Part shown: positions 49,101 to 60,032 of the stretch, one piece after another
Layout of the letters: the number at the start of each line of letters is the position of its first letter
How positions within the stretch are numbered: the stretch's first letter is position 1
Assembly: GCF_003704095.1 (NCBI RefSeq)
Contig: NW_020846901.1
Coordinates: 310,001-374,000, forward strand
DNA: 64,000 nt
DNA from: Pocillopora damicornis
Taxonomy: Eukaryota
Direction: 5' to 3'
Position numbers and translations under genes: made by a program
Notes under the pieces: generated by a model
What the model was told of the DNA's origin: nothing
Databases searched by the model: none
Seen by the model: only the letters and a program-made list of their open reading frames with translations

Positions 49101-50961
49101 GCACTGAAACGAGGACGTAATTCCTATAATACTAAAGAATCCACTATTCCCTTCACATTGTGCGACACTGCAGGCTCTTATGTCCAGTGGCGTTACTTAT
49201 TTCTGAAAATATTTTTTGTCGCAGATATCAACGAGTGTCGGAGCAGACTTACTTGTGGACAGGCGCAGTGTAGGAATACATTAGGAGCGTATTACTGTAC
49301 ATGTCATCACGGATATGTGCTTAATCCAGATGGCCGATCGTGCCAAGGTAAGGTAAATGTTCGTCCCTAGCGCTATCATGGCATTTTAAGCTGCCATTAA
49401 CTTCCTTTTTATCAGCGTTGTTGAAACGTTGTTGCTAATCAGACGGGCTGAGCAGCCGTTCCTTCTTTCATGATGGATATCCAAATGGGGAAAAATACAT
49501 TACATTAGTTTTGAATAACAAATAAAGGCAGTCTTCACTCTTGGTTCATATTAGAACCAAAGCATTATTTTTATGTTGTAATTTTGAGTGCGATATCAAA
49601 CCAGTCTGAAACGCACTTAAGATTGTTAACGCATCGTCCCAAGAATTTTTCGGTCCACCTATCTACATTCCTTTTCGTAAACAAATTTTGGTATTTCTGA
49701 CCTAAAGTAATTTTCGTGCTCCTGACTAAATATCAAAAGAATTTGTTCGTTAAGTATATTATAGCCTCTCCTGCATGGATAATTCCTTTCTTTCTTGTTT
49801 GCTTCATCATTATTCATAAAAGTTTAAAATTAAAGATCTTTTTTCCTTTCAGATATGAACGAGTGTGCCCTGGGACTGAGCCCTTGTAGCTTTGGATGCG
49901 ACAACAAGCAAGGTGGATTCAGCTGCCGCTGCCCACATAGTTATCAACCTATAGGGGGAGGGTGAGTACTCTATTCTTTATCATGTGGGGGAGGGGTATG
50001 AAAAACGTAAATGTGTCGTTTTCTGTTATGAAAAAAAAAATCAGTTCTCACCTTGTCGTGCCTTCATTTTGGAAACCTGGGAAAAACTTCAGTTTTGTTC
50101 GGGCTGCCTCAATTGTGCATTTCTTGCAAATATTGTAAAGGTTAAAACCAAATTCTTAAATCTTCCCTTCTGTTTGTTTCCAGACACTGCTTGTCGCCCT
50201 ATGGAGAAGCCTGTTACGAGTGTGCGCTGTCCAAAGGGGACGACGAAGACAAAGGTGTGCCTCTTGTGGAGCGAAACCAAACCGGCAGTCAGACTCAGTC
50301 TTCCGCACCATATCATGTTGTACCAGCAAGCAGCGGAAGCTATGGACAGCACCTCCCTTATGGTAGAAACCAAGGTTATGGTCAACATCAACTAGGACAG
50401 CGTCAAATCCAATTTGGTGGTCAGGCACAAACTTACAATCAACAAAACTATGGCCAACAAAACTGGCAAGCGGCACCACCGAATAACGGCTTTCAATTTT
50501 CGTACACACCTTCAGGGAAGCAGAGGAAACGACGATCCATTGGGCATCGAATGGAAAAATTCACCTTACAAATTCCCACCAACATCAGCTCAGCTAAGCC
50601 GATCCTAACGCTAGTGCCAGTACTCGCGGAATTAAACGGAACCTTCAAATATGTCATTGTTCATGGAAACACGAGCTTGTTTAAAGTGGAACAACGCAAA
50701 GGAGTCTCGTTTCTTTTTGTTAAAACACCGTTCCATCGAAAAGGCGTCTTCCCTGTGTGGATTAAAGGTGCCATGCGCGAGAAAGTGACAAAGGAAATGG
50801 TTTCCAAGGAGACGGGGACGATGGCAACGCATGGACAAGAAACAAGAAAGAGCAATGGGAACAAACTTGGAAAAGAAAACGGAACTAAGAAACAACGACA
50901 CACGCTGGGATATCACGAAGCCAAAAGGTTTTCACTTCGTCTTACCATCAAGGCCGTATAG
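16187..50961 (+). CDS. FBN: Fibrillin (FBN1/2/3 co-orthologue), 69 coding exons identified
   Basis: Signal exon 16187-16329 ([22 protein letters not shown]); N-terminal 4-Cys exon 16833-16915 ([17 protein letters not shown]); EGF1-3 at 18666, 19598, 19929; hybrid1 20111-20645; 2 cbEGF; TB1 21494-21920; 6 EGF 22438-24498; TB2 25831-26229; 3 cbEGF; hybrid2 28740-29321; 1 cbEGF; TB3 30270-31316; 12 cbEGF 31429-36441; TB4 36756-37209; 2 cbEGF; TB5 38457-38999; 7 cbEGF 39651-42843; TB6 43198-44013; 5 cbEGF 44196-46106; TB7 46281-46575; 7 EGF 47030-49961; last exon 50184-50961 with EACYEC and RKRR. Mostly phase-1 D(I/V)(D/N)EC exons. Confidence 0.96.
17829..18023. mobile_element. piggyBac-like MITE, same family as 10992-11195
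   Basis: Shares tgattaacat...caaacttatca...taacaccaaattct...agaatta..caat.aga...ttaaagggtta with that copy. Confidence 0.65.
19202..19548. mobile_element. MITE-like repeat with an internal long hairpin
   Basis: Imperfect ends taataacatga / tcatgtacattatta. Internal palindrome 19247-19316: aaatttttcaaaga..aaattgcac..gccc gaa gggc..gtgcaattt..tctttgaaaaattt. Confidence 0.6.
19755..19863 (+). mobile_element. Degenerate tRNA-derived SINE (CORE-like segment)
   Basis: A-box-like TGGCCTTACGG and B-box-like GGTTCGAGAC, followed by ttgtattcttaagcaaaacacgttactttcacagtgcct, which resembles the CORE-SINE TGACCTTGGGCAAGTCACTTAAC block. Confidence 0.55.
30641..30798 (+). mobile_element. Short interspersed repeat with a degenerate minimal hammerhead ribozyme motif (Penelope-like/retrozyme-type)
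   Basis: gct CTGA-GAA gggc taac gctc GAAAC GTC agc, followed by a body shared with 58031-58123, 39146-39282 (-) and 27178-27234. Confidence 0.75.
37570..37772. mobile_element. piggyBac-like MITE (second family)
   Basis: TTGA|CCCTTCACACC ... GGTTCAAAGG|TTAA, about 200 bp, non-coding, intronic. Confidence 0.5.
39146..39282 (-). mobile_element. 5'-truncated antisense copy of the hammerhead-bearing repeat
   Basis: Minus strand reads ctcGAAACGTCagctttttacccttttacggtggccaatttacgttttcaactcagttgttcacactaaattac... Confidence 0.75.
42890..43090. repeat. Pyrimidine-rich (TCCA/TTCA)n low-complexity tract
   Basis: Repeated ccattcatcc/attcattcat motifs inside a fibrillin intron. Confidence 0.7.
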
Positions 50962-51413
50962 ACACATTACACTGCTTAGGCCTTTTTTAATTTTTAGTTT
51001 CTTTATTTTGTTGATAATGTGTTTTATTTTGTAAAAAGATACTGGCCATGCATTTTTTTATGTTCCAAGTTATATCTAAAGTCCATCTTGCGCTGTAAAG
51101 AGACATTTTTTGCGTGGTATAGACAACAACCGTAAAATTAAAAGCTTTGAAGAAGTATTTAAGATTATAAACTGTGGAGGTGTTATTGCATGATATCCTG
51201 TTTATTTTAAGTTACCCTCCATACGGCTGTTTCATATATGAAGGGAATTTGCATTTTCAAGATCATTATTTTGTCAACACCTGTTTGCTAAATATTTTAC
51301 CCATCGAAATTGTGCGGAAAAGGTATGTGTCTGGGAATTAAAAGCTTGCGATTTCACTTCACGAACAAATTCTGATAAAAGGAAAATACTTTTTGCCTAG
51401 TTATTTTTCAGTG

Positions 51414-51419
51414 AATAAA
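51414..51419 (+). terminator. Candidate fibrillin polyadenylation signal
   Basis: AATAAA about 450 nt after the stop. ATTAAA alternatives lie at 51137 and 51337. Confidence 0.4.
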
Positions 51420-52069
51420 ACAAACGACAAATATTCCGCAATTTACTAAAATTACTAAAACGCCTCGTATTTCCATATCTTATTAAAAATACACGTCAGT
51501 CGTTGTTAACAGTGCACTGAAATGCATTCATCAAAAGAATTAACTTTGACATTAATTGCAGGTGTATGGGTAGTTTTATTAATCTATATTATCATAAGCA
51601 CTTCCTACGCTTCAGAGGATTCTCAATTCATTAGCCTGTTGTATCCACGGAGACTTCCATAAGTTACATCTTTGTCTTTTTACAGATAAGGCGAAATAGT
51701 TAGAAGAATAACAAGGGCGGGTCGTTGTTGAGGCAAGTTTTGATCCAGAATCGAACCATCCAGTCGTAAGGCAAGACAACTACATCGGCAAACGACGACT
51801 TCTAAAGCATTTCTCTCGGCCGGTGTTTTTCAATCAATAGTTTTAAACCCGATCTCTTAAATGGAATACAAACAGCCCTTTAAACTTTAAGCGAATTTTT
51901 GTTCTGCATAAAATATTCTTCAGATCAGGACGTAGTAGCGGTTTAGAGTCTTTTTCAACCACAGGCCTCAAGAACAAGAAAAGATCTGTCTGACGGAATT
52001 ATCAGAAAACTGTGTGGGGAACTGTTTTAATCCTCTTAGCAGTAGTAGCAGTAGCCCTCCTCAGAGAAA

Positions 52070-53097
52070 ATGCCTACCACTGCATTCTTGGATCAGTATT
52101 CTCCCGAGGCGGACAACTCTTCAAGCTTTAACGAAATTACGGAAGAAACGACAAATTTGAATACAGCTGAACGAAACAGTAAGGCCGTGTTCTACTGTTG
52201 CTTGTTCCTTCTCGGCTCCTTAGGGAATGCAATGGTTATTTTGGTATTGAAAGGAAAGCGAAAACGAACCATTAATGATTATTTTATTTTAAACTTGGCA
52301 GTAGCAGACTTAACTTTCTTGTGGCTGTCACTTCCTTTCTATACGTACGAACTTTTTCAGCCGTTTAACAAGAATTTATTGTATTGTAAACTAATTTGGC
52401 CGATGATGTCAGTTACTTCATCAGTCAGTGTTTTCACCTTAACGTCCATGGCAGTCGAACGGTGTCGAGGAATCACAAACCCTTTGCAACCGAGAATCAA
52501 GCCGCAAGCCACGTTGATATGGATTTTCCTTATCTGGATCTTTGCCATCTTTACTTTAGTTCCGTTGATGATCGTGGCGCGGTCGGAAGGTGTGTTCTGT
52601 GCGGAAAATTGGCCGAAGAACTACTATCATCAAGCGTACACTGCTGTTTTATTCGCTCTTCAATATGGCATCCCCTTGTTTGTAATCGCCACAGCATACT
52701 TTAGAATCGCTATTTTTCTTATCAGATCTCGGTTACCGATGCTAACAACGATCAACTCTAAGGGGGAGGTTATCAGGCACAAAACGAGAAGCGAAAATGT
52801 TCAGATAATCCGGACACTGGCTGTTATTGTGATTTTGTTCATGGCCTGCATGTTTCCCAATCAAATCGCTTGGATGCTGTTTGATTTTGGCGGTGCCTCG
52901 CACAAGAAGCTGTCCGACGCATTTTGGACCTGCGCAGAGGCGTTCGTGTTTTTACACGCTTGTATAAACCCAATAGTGTACGGTTCTCTTACTCGGCAGT
53001 TTTGTCGAGGATACATCCGATTCTTCCGACACATTTTCTGCTTCTGCAAAGTGAACGTCGATTACCCAATTGGTGTTTCTCACAACCAGACAGAAGA
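52070..53097 (+). CDS. Rhodopsin-like (class A) GPCR, peptide-receptor-like, copy 1; C-terminus lost in gap
   Basis: Intronless 7TM with GNAMV (TM1), NLAVADL (TM2), C3.25, MAVERC (TM3), C.E.WP (ECL2), CMFP (TM6), NPIVY (TM7) and an N-terminal NSS sequon. Confidence 0.9.
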
Positions 53098-53197
53098 NNN
53101 NNNNNNNNNNNNNNNNNNNNNNNNNNNNNNNNNNNNNNNNNNNNNNNNNNNNNNNNNNNNNNNNNNNNNNNNNNNNNNNNNNNNNNNNNNNNNNNNN

Positions 53198-54356
53198 GGT
53201 ATTGAAAAGAAAGCGAAAACGAACCATTAATGATTATTTCGTTTTAAACTTGGCAGTAGCAGACTTAACTTTCCTGTGGCTTTCGCTTCCTTTCTATACG
53301 TACGACCTTTTTCAGCCGTTTAACAAGAATTTATTGTATTGTAAACTAATTTGGCCAATGATGTCGGTTACTTTATCAGTCAGTGTTTTCACCTTAATGT
53401 CCATGGCAGTCGAACGGTGTCGAGGAATCACAAACCCTTTGCAACCGAGGATCAAACTGCAAGCCACATTGATATGGATTTTCCTTATATGGATCTTTGC
53501 CTTTGTCACGATTGTTCCGTTGATGATCGTGGCGCGGTCGGAAGGTGTGTTATGTGCAGAAAATTGGCCGAAGAACTACTATCGTCAAGCTTACACTGTA
53601 GTCTTATGTATTCTTCAATATGGCATCCCTTTGTTTGTAATCGTCATAGCATACCTGAGAATCGCTTTTTGTCTTATCAGGTCTCGGTTACCGATGCTGA
53701 CAACGATCAATGCTAAAGGCGAGGTAATCAGGCACAAAACGAGAAGCGAAAATGTCCAGATAATCCGGACACTGGCTGTTATTGTGATTTTGTTCATGGC
53801 CTGCATGCTTCCCAATCAAATCGCCTGGTTGTTGTTTGACCTTGGAGGTGACTCGTACAAGGAGCTGTCCGACGCATTTTGGACCTGCGCAGAAGCGCTA
53901 ATGTACCTACACGCATGCGTGAACTCGATTGTATACGGTTCTCTTACTCGACAGTTTCGTCGAGGATACGTCCGATTCTTCCGACACATTTTCTGCTTCG
54001 GTAAAACCAACGTCGATTACTCAACTGGTGTTATTGAAAATCACACAGGAGACAAACATTTACAACCAAAGCGAAAAGCTGGCGTACTTTATGGCTCTCT
54101 TAAATTCAGAAAAATCAGTGAAAACACTAGAACGACACGCTTGATAGTGAATTCCTCTCCGATTATGTCCACAAGTGAAGAAAGTATCAATCAGTTAGCA
54201 AGCCCCTCGCCTGGCTCTTCCCCAGTCCCTAATTCAGCCGGCATAGAGATGTTATTAAGAAGAACTCAGGCGAAGGAAACTCTATTGAAACTGGCCTTTA
54301 TTAACCCGGGTATGGACACGTCTGATGACGATAGTTGCCAGGAAACTAAACTGTAA
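53198..54356 (+). CDS. Rhodopsin-like (class A) GPCR, copy 2; N-terminus lost in gap
   Basis: Close paralogue of copy 1 from ICL1 onwards, with NSIVY in TM7 and a long Ser/Pro-rich tail ending CQETKL*. Confidence 0.9.
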
Positions 54357-55868
54357 CCCGTTTAGCTTTGACTCTAAGCGAATTGTCCTATCTGTACGAG
54401 TTACAATTAATGCATTTATAGATGTCTTTCAAAAAGGTTGCGGTTTCTTTGAAAAGGCAAGCAATTCAGAGAGTTTCTTATTAACATGGATGAGGTCTTT
54501 GAATAATTAACTCGTGGAAAACAAACAATTTGAGTGGAGTTACGCCATGCCTTGATATCCTTTGATCAAGAGAGATCTGAGAGCTTACAAAGACCCCTTT
54601 CTTTTAATCAATGGTAGTACTTATTAACTGCACCGCCGCTTTTTAAAATGTCAAATATAGAGATACAGTTATTAGAAACGGGAATATAGTTTTTTTTGCT
54701 CTCACTTTTCAGTGAGGGGCACGGAAAGATATTTTTGATGAAACACGCCTTTGCCCGCGATTACTTCGATTTGTTCCATGAATGTGCAACAATGTACACT
54801 GAGAATATTAGATCAAACTTGGAATCCTAACATGCTGCAGCAGCCAGTGTTTCAAANNNNNNNNNNNNNNNNNNNNNNNNNNNNNNNNNNNNNNNNNNNN
54901 NNNNNNNNNNNNNNNNNNNNNNNNNNNNNNNNNNNNNNNNNNNNNNNNNNNNNNNNGATCGAGCGAGCGAGCGAATGCCATTCTCCACATCGTATCTACA
55001 ACTCGCACTTGCGCATGCGCGCAATTCACGAGTTAAAAATGAAGTATATTTTGAATTAAGCGTATTACAATAAACGAATGTAAAGAAGTCTTTCAACAAG
55101 CTCGTGGTTTTAAAAAAGTAGGGAACCAATAAACTTCGAGAGTTTCTTTTCCATAGGGAAACATTGAATACCTTGTTAGCGGAAAGAAAAAAGAGAAAAT
55201 TTAATGGAGTTATGCGATGCCTTCATTTTCTTGGGACATCGATCGCGAGAGATCCGAGAATCACCTTTCAATACATGCTAGCTCTAGATATGAGCACCAC
55301 CGTCAGAGTCATAAGAAACGAGACTGGTGTTTTTTTTCTTTCCCTATTTCAATAAAAATGAAACGCTTCTTTCCCCTCGGTCTTTCGATTTGTTCTCTAA
55401 ATGTGCATGTGACGATGAAATAGAACCTTTGTTCAAACTCGGAATTCAAAATGCTCAGTCAGTGTTTCTGATTTGATTATGCCCCAGCTCAATTAAAGCA
55501 TACAAGGTAAGATCGGACACCTGGGATATAAACATCTTGACTCACAAAAACCCCTTAATTGAAGATATGTTGCATTTGGTGTTTGGTAGATAAGGTTCCT
55601 AGGCTAAATAACGAACAACTACACTTTTTTCACGACTATCCTAAAATTGAGTTCTCCTCAAGACTTCAAATTTTATAAAAAGAAATTGGTATTAGCTCCT
55701 ATCACTTGCATCAAAAAACGTCTGGAAGTACGAAAAGCTTAGTTCTCAATAAATCTCAACCGATGTTGGGTTAATTTCAGGTTATGATGATCCAAACAGT
55801 TAAAGTTTAAAGCACAAAAACCGAAAGTTTCAAATGAGTCTAAATCATTCGTATCCCTATCATTTTTT

Positions 55869-56390
55869 TCAAATGACACCCCATGATTGAGTCTTGGGTT
55901 TTATGTCAAGGATATCGCGCCAATAATTCGTCACGAACACTTGGTCCAGAATCAAGCTCTTCTCGCCTACAGATTTAACAAACCATCCATCATTTACGAT
56001 GAGTGTGATGCTTTCAAACTCAACACCTGGCTGCGGAAGGTGCTCGCCCCAGTGCAGGCGGGTTTCAGGAATTTTCAGCAGAATATTCCACAATTACGAG
56101 AAGAATGTCTTGGGATACGCCTTGTTGTACGTCCACCAGTAGGGATCGTCTCGCACCATGTCTTGTTGGTATGACATGCTCAGCCAGAATGGAGAGCTCT
56201 TAGCGCCGTAAATCTCAATGGCAAAGTTGTTAGCCGCTTTTTGATTCTTCGAGAACAGCTTTTGTTTGGAGCTTCCACACCATGTTTGACATTGGTCAAT
56301 TGGAACCCAGATCTCTGTAAATTCCACCCTGATGATAGAGTCCACCTGGACCTCGTTGTCCATGGACAGATCATGAAACCAATGAATAAA
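55869..56390 (-). pseudogene. C-terminal fragment of a gulonolactone/arabinonolactone oxidase-like FAD oxidase
   Basis: DLSMDN..VEFTEIWVPI..FAIEIYGAKSSPFWLSMSY..DPYWW..*LWNILL..RLHWGEHLP..VFVTNYWRDIL. In-frame TAA at 56094-56096. The RxHWG motif is typical of the ALO C-terminal domain. Confidence 0.7.
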
Positions 56391-58030
56391 GGAGGTAAGT
56401 TCTAAAGAAATTGTAGTGCTGTGTCGGTTGAAGAGTATCACTATTAATAGGTAATAAACAATATGGACAATGGGCTGAGATGCAAGGGTCTGATTGAAGT
56501 TGGACGTCCTCAATTTTACACAAATCCTATACACTTTTTTTATTATGAGCAGAAATTCATGACGTCAAACTCTTGATGCGCAGATGGAGTTAAAATTAAG
56601 GTGAAGCAGGTAACACACCAGGGGAATATGGTCGCCAACGGAAAATTCCGATATCTGACATGCCAAATACCGGCGATTTTTTTTCGCCATTCGTAGCGAT
56701 TGGCGAAAATCACGATCGCTGCACTATTTTTCCATCAAACAAAAAAAAATCATCCTAAAACCTTCAGTGAAGCTATGTGACAATAATAACTAATGAAAGC
56801 GTTTTCAAAGTATTATGCTGTACAGAACGTCGGAAAAGCGTGTAGCTGTAGAATGATCAAGAGCAGATATCTACGCCTTTGTCACGCGCTCCTTTACAAC
56901 TCCTTGATCCACCGACTTGCAAAGACTTGATCTAGGGGTTTTTCCTAGCCTGTGCGCTTAAAATCCATGATTTCTTCCCTATAATGTAAATTTCCTTTTT
57001 TAATTACAGTTATAAATGAATTTCTGTGTATGACATGGAAATATTGTATGTTGAGCTCGACTCTGATGTCTCAGTGTTTAGACTCCAGAAATAAGCTTAA
57101 CATTTGCAAACATTTGTCAACCTTTGCAAACACTAGATTTAAACTCATCCGGCAAAAGTGACTTAAATTCAATACACGTCATGGAAATTTGAGCGAAATG
57201 TAAATTCCTATCCGAGACAAAAACGTAAAAGCTACCCTTTTCTTTTCCTCTCAATTAATCTACACTATTTTTACAAGTAATGGATTTACGAGCTCCCTTT
57301 TTTGACGAAAACGGAAATTAGCGAAATGACAAAACAAAAGTCAACAAACTTCTTTAGTCAAATGTAAATATTATAGGCGTTTGTAAATACAGAAACATCT
57401 TCTGTATTCAAACCAACCAGCTTATTTTGTGGCCACTTCTCTGTGACTTTCAGAGTAAAATGTTATGATTAGAATTATACTTGGCTCAATTTCAAAGTTT
57501 TACTTGTAATTCATTTGCCTCAATTTTTGAAAATTTTTTTTCATCTACCTTACTAATTACTGTTCTTTCTATTTCCGCAGCATAAGATCCTTTTTTAGGT
57601 AAAAGGAAACTTTTATGTCAAAATTTAAATGTATTAATCAACCTTCAGGAAGTTCAGTTAAAATCTACCTGTCAGTATTACTTAGCCATCGACCTTTCAT
57701 TTGCTACAGTTCTTTGTAAACATGACAACTATCATTTACCGGAGAAAATATTCTAAGATTACTTCGAGAGTATTAAGGTGGTTTTATTTATTTTTGTTCT
57801 CATCAGCACTTCGGAATCCNNNNNNNNNNNNNNNNNNNNNNNNNNNNNNNNNNNNNNNNNNNNNNNNNNNNNNNNNNNNNNNNNNNNNNNNNNNNNNNNN
57901 NNNNNNNNNNNNNNNNNNNTACAATATCGACCTCAAACAAAACGATTCTTTCAGTACGTGATCAAGATCGTGACACATTGACGCGAGCAGCATGTCTGAA
58001 CTCTTATCGACAACGTCAAATTGGCGATCT

Positions 58031-58123
58031 CTGACGAAGGGCCAACGCTCGAAACGTCAAACTTTTTACTCTTTACGGTGTCCAATTTACGTTTTCAACT
58101 CAGTTGTTAACACTATATTACCT
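58031..58123 (+). mobile_element. Hammerhead-bearing short repeat with an intact catalytic core sequence
   Basis: CTGACGA (58031-37), A, GGGC-CAAC-GCTC stem II, GAAAC GTC (58051-58), followed by the family body. Confidence 0.75.
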
Positions 58124-58333
58124 AAGAAATTTTATTGCCAATATGCACGAAATAACTCTAATGATAACTAATAGTTCTGTTCTATTATATGACGCAATAA
58201 AATCTCATGGATTTTTCAATTTTTTTCTTCAGTTTCAGAGGCTGATAGGGCTAGTGCGGCCAAAGCATTCTTTAGTAAGATCGTCACTCCTATTGTCGAT
58301 CTCTCGTCGGGATTAAATTTGTTGGACCCAGTA

Positions 58334-59170
58334 ATGGTGCATCTTATGGAAGATGCGGCAAAAAGTATTGTAGCTCCTGGAGGTCCCATTGTGCCGGAAG
58401 AATATGTTCGATCCTCCGTTTCCAATACTCAAGACGTTATAGATGCAGTTAAAAGAGCTAAGAGGGAGAAGAAAGTCCTCCGTGTCGTTGGATCGGAACA
58501 CTCCGTAAACGCGGCCATTTATCCTGAGGATGGCATCACACTGGTCCTAAAGGATGATCTTCGAAAAGTAGAAATACTGCACACAGCCGAAGAAGATGGC
58601 AAGAAATGGTTGTATTGTCGTATCGGAGGAGGCTGCTATCTTGGCAAAGATCCCTTGGACCCCAATTCAGCTTGCTATCAGGTGGCAGTTCAAGGGTATG
58701 GCTTTCCTGAGCTGGGAGGAATCAAGTTGGTGGCTTTATCATGACTGGCTCTGCAGGTGGAAGCTTAAAGCATACCTTTGCTGATGTCATCCAAGAGATC
58801 GAGTTTGTGGACGGCAATGCACAAGTTCAAAGGGCCGAACGTGGAACTGATCTTTGGTGTGCGGTAGGTGTTTCCATGGGGCTGTTTGGTGTCATTACCC
58901 GAGTAACATTCCGTCTTCCACCGATGCAGTTTATCAAAGGGTCAGAGTCCAACCACAAGTTTGCTGACTCCATGCTAGGACCCAACAACGAGGGGCAGAG
59001 CAAGCTCAGGAAAAGTCTTGAAGAAAACGAATACATGCGAGTAAACTGGTTTCAACAAAAGGAAGTGATGCGTGTTCAGGAATGGGTTGGTCAACAATCC
59101 TTCGAAAACAATAATCTTGTACCATACAACTCCATTTTGTCCAACATATTAGCAGCTGGTATGGCAGCCA
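58334..59170 (+). pseudogene. N-terminal half of an intronless gulonolactone-oxidase-like FAD oxidase, frameshifted and truncated by a gap
   Basis: LRVVGSEHSV (flavinylation His motif), GGGCYLG, FPELGGI / frameshift at about 58724 / VGGFIMTGSAGGS, IEFVDG, AVGVSMGLFGVITRVTF: FAD_binding_4 (PCMH-type) signature. Confidence 0.75.
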
Positions 59171-59299
59171 NNNNNNNNNNNNNNNNNNNNNNNNNNNNNN
59201 NNNNNNNNNNNNNNNNNNNNNNNNNNNNNNNNNNNNNNNNNNNNNNNNNNNNNNNNNNNNNNNNNNNNNNTGAAGAGTGTATTTGACCGTTCAGCTACC

Positions 59300-60032
59300 T
59301 TTCTCTACATTGTAATTAAATGAACTTCCATGGTTGATCTTGATCAAACATTTGAAACCAAGCTTTTCTCCTCGCGTGAAAATATTTGCTGTTTAGCCAC
59401 AAAGCTAGCGTAAAAGGGGAAAGAAAACCAGTCAAAACCGTTATTGCATGAGGTCTCTGCTTGATTTCGGCGGAAATACGCACTTTGTTCGATGCTTGTT
59501 TTCATCGATATCTCGTTTTGCCACCCACGTTGTGTGCATCAAACAAGATGTCGAATGAATTTGCTTGATCGTTTAGCCAGGGGTTTACAGTTCAGTGGCC
59601 TCTAAAATGCTTCTAAAATGAGATTAGGAACTTACAGTTAATTGACGCCCCCTCGGATTGACACTCAGAGTAGTGTGCTGAGAGCTTTGTTGTGCTAAAT
59701 GGTCAACAGATAGACATCAGATCTTGACACGACATTTTCCCCAGGCTACAAAGAAGTACACTCGACTCCTTGATTCTCAAAATATGTAAGCCATGGCTGT
59801 GTTTGCAGAGCAAGAACAGTTCTGGTATTAACATTTTCCCCGATAATCTCAAATACAAAGTGATTAAAAGCCTCCGATTTCAATTTGCGTATTAATCTTT
59901 AGTTTTAATGTTATTTTGATGAGCATTTTCCGCAATGGTTTGACTGCCTTTCTCTTATATCACGTACATGAAGCATATCTCGTCATTCTAATGCTATTTT
60001 CATAAGTAAGGGAAACGTCGCAGATGAAGGAG
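59300..60032 (+). repeat. Duplicated non-coding block, copy A
   Basis: Directly repeated at about 60828-61585 (e.g. cttccatggttga.cttgatcaaacatttg ... aagggaaacgtcgcagatgaaggag). Confidence 0.85.

Noticed and set aside
53070-54356. 428-aa ORF, and the 386-aa ORF ending at 53230, read as complete GPCRs
   Set aside because: Both cross a 100-N placeholder gap, so the joined termini are not real.
50536-54356. Idea that the adjacent GPCRs are receptors for the fibrillin C-terminal peptide
   Set aside because: Only genomic adjacency supports it, and that does not imply ligand-receptor pairing in animals.
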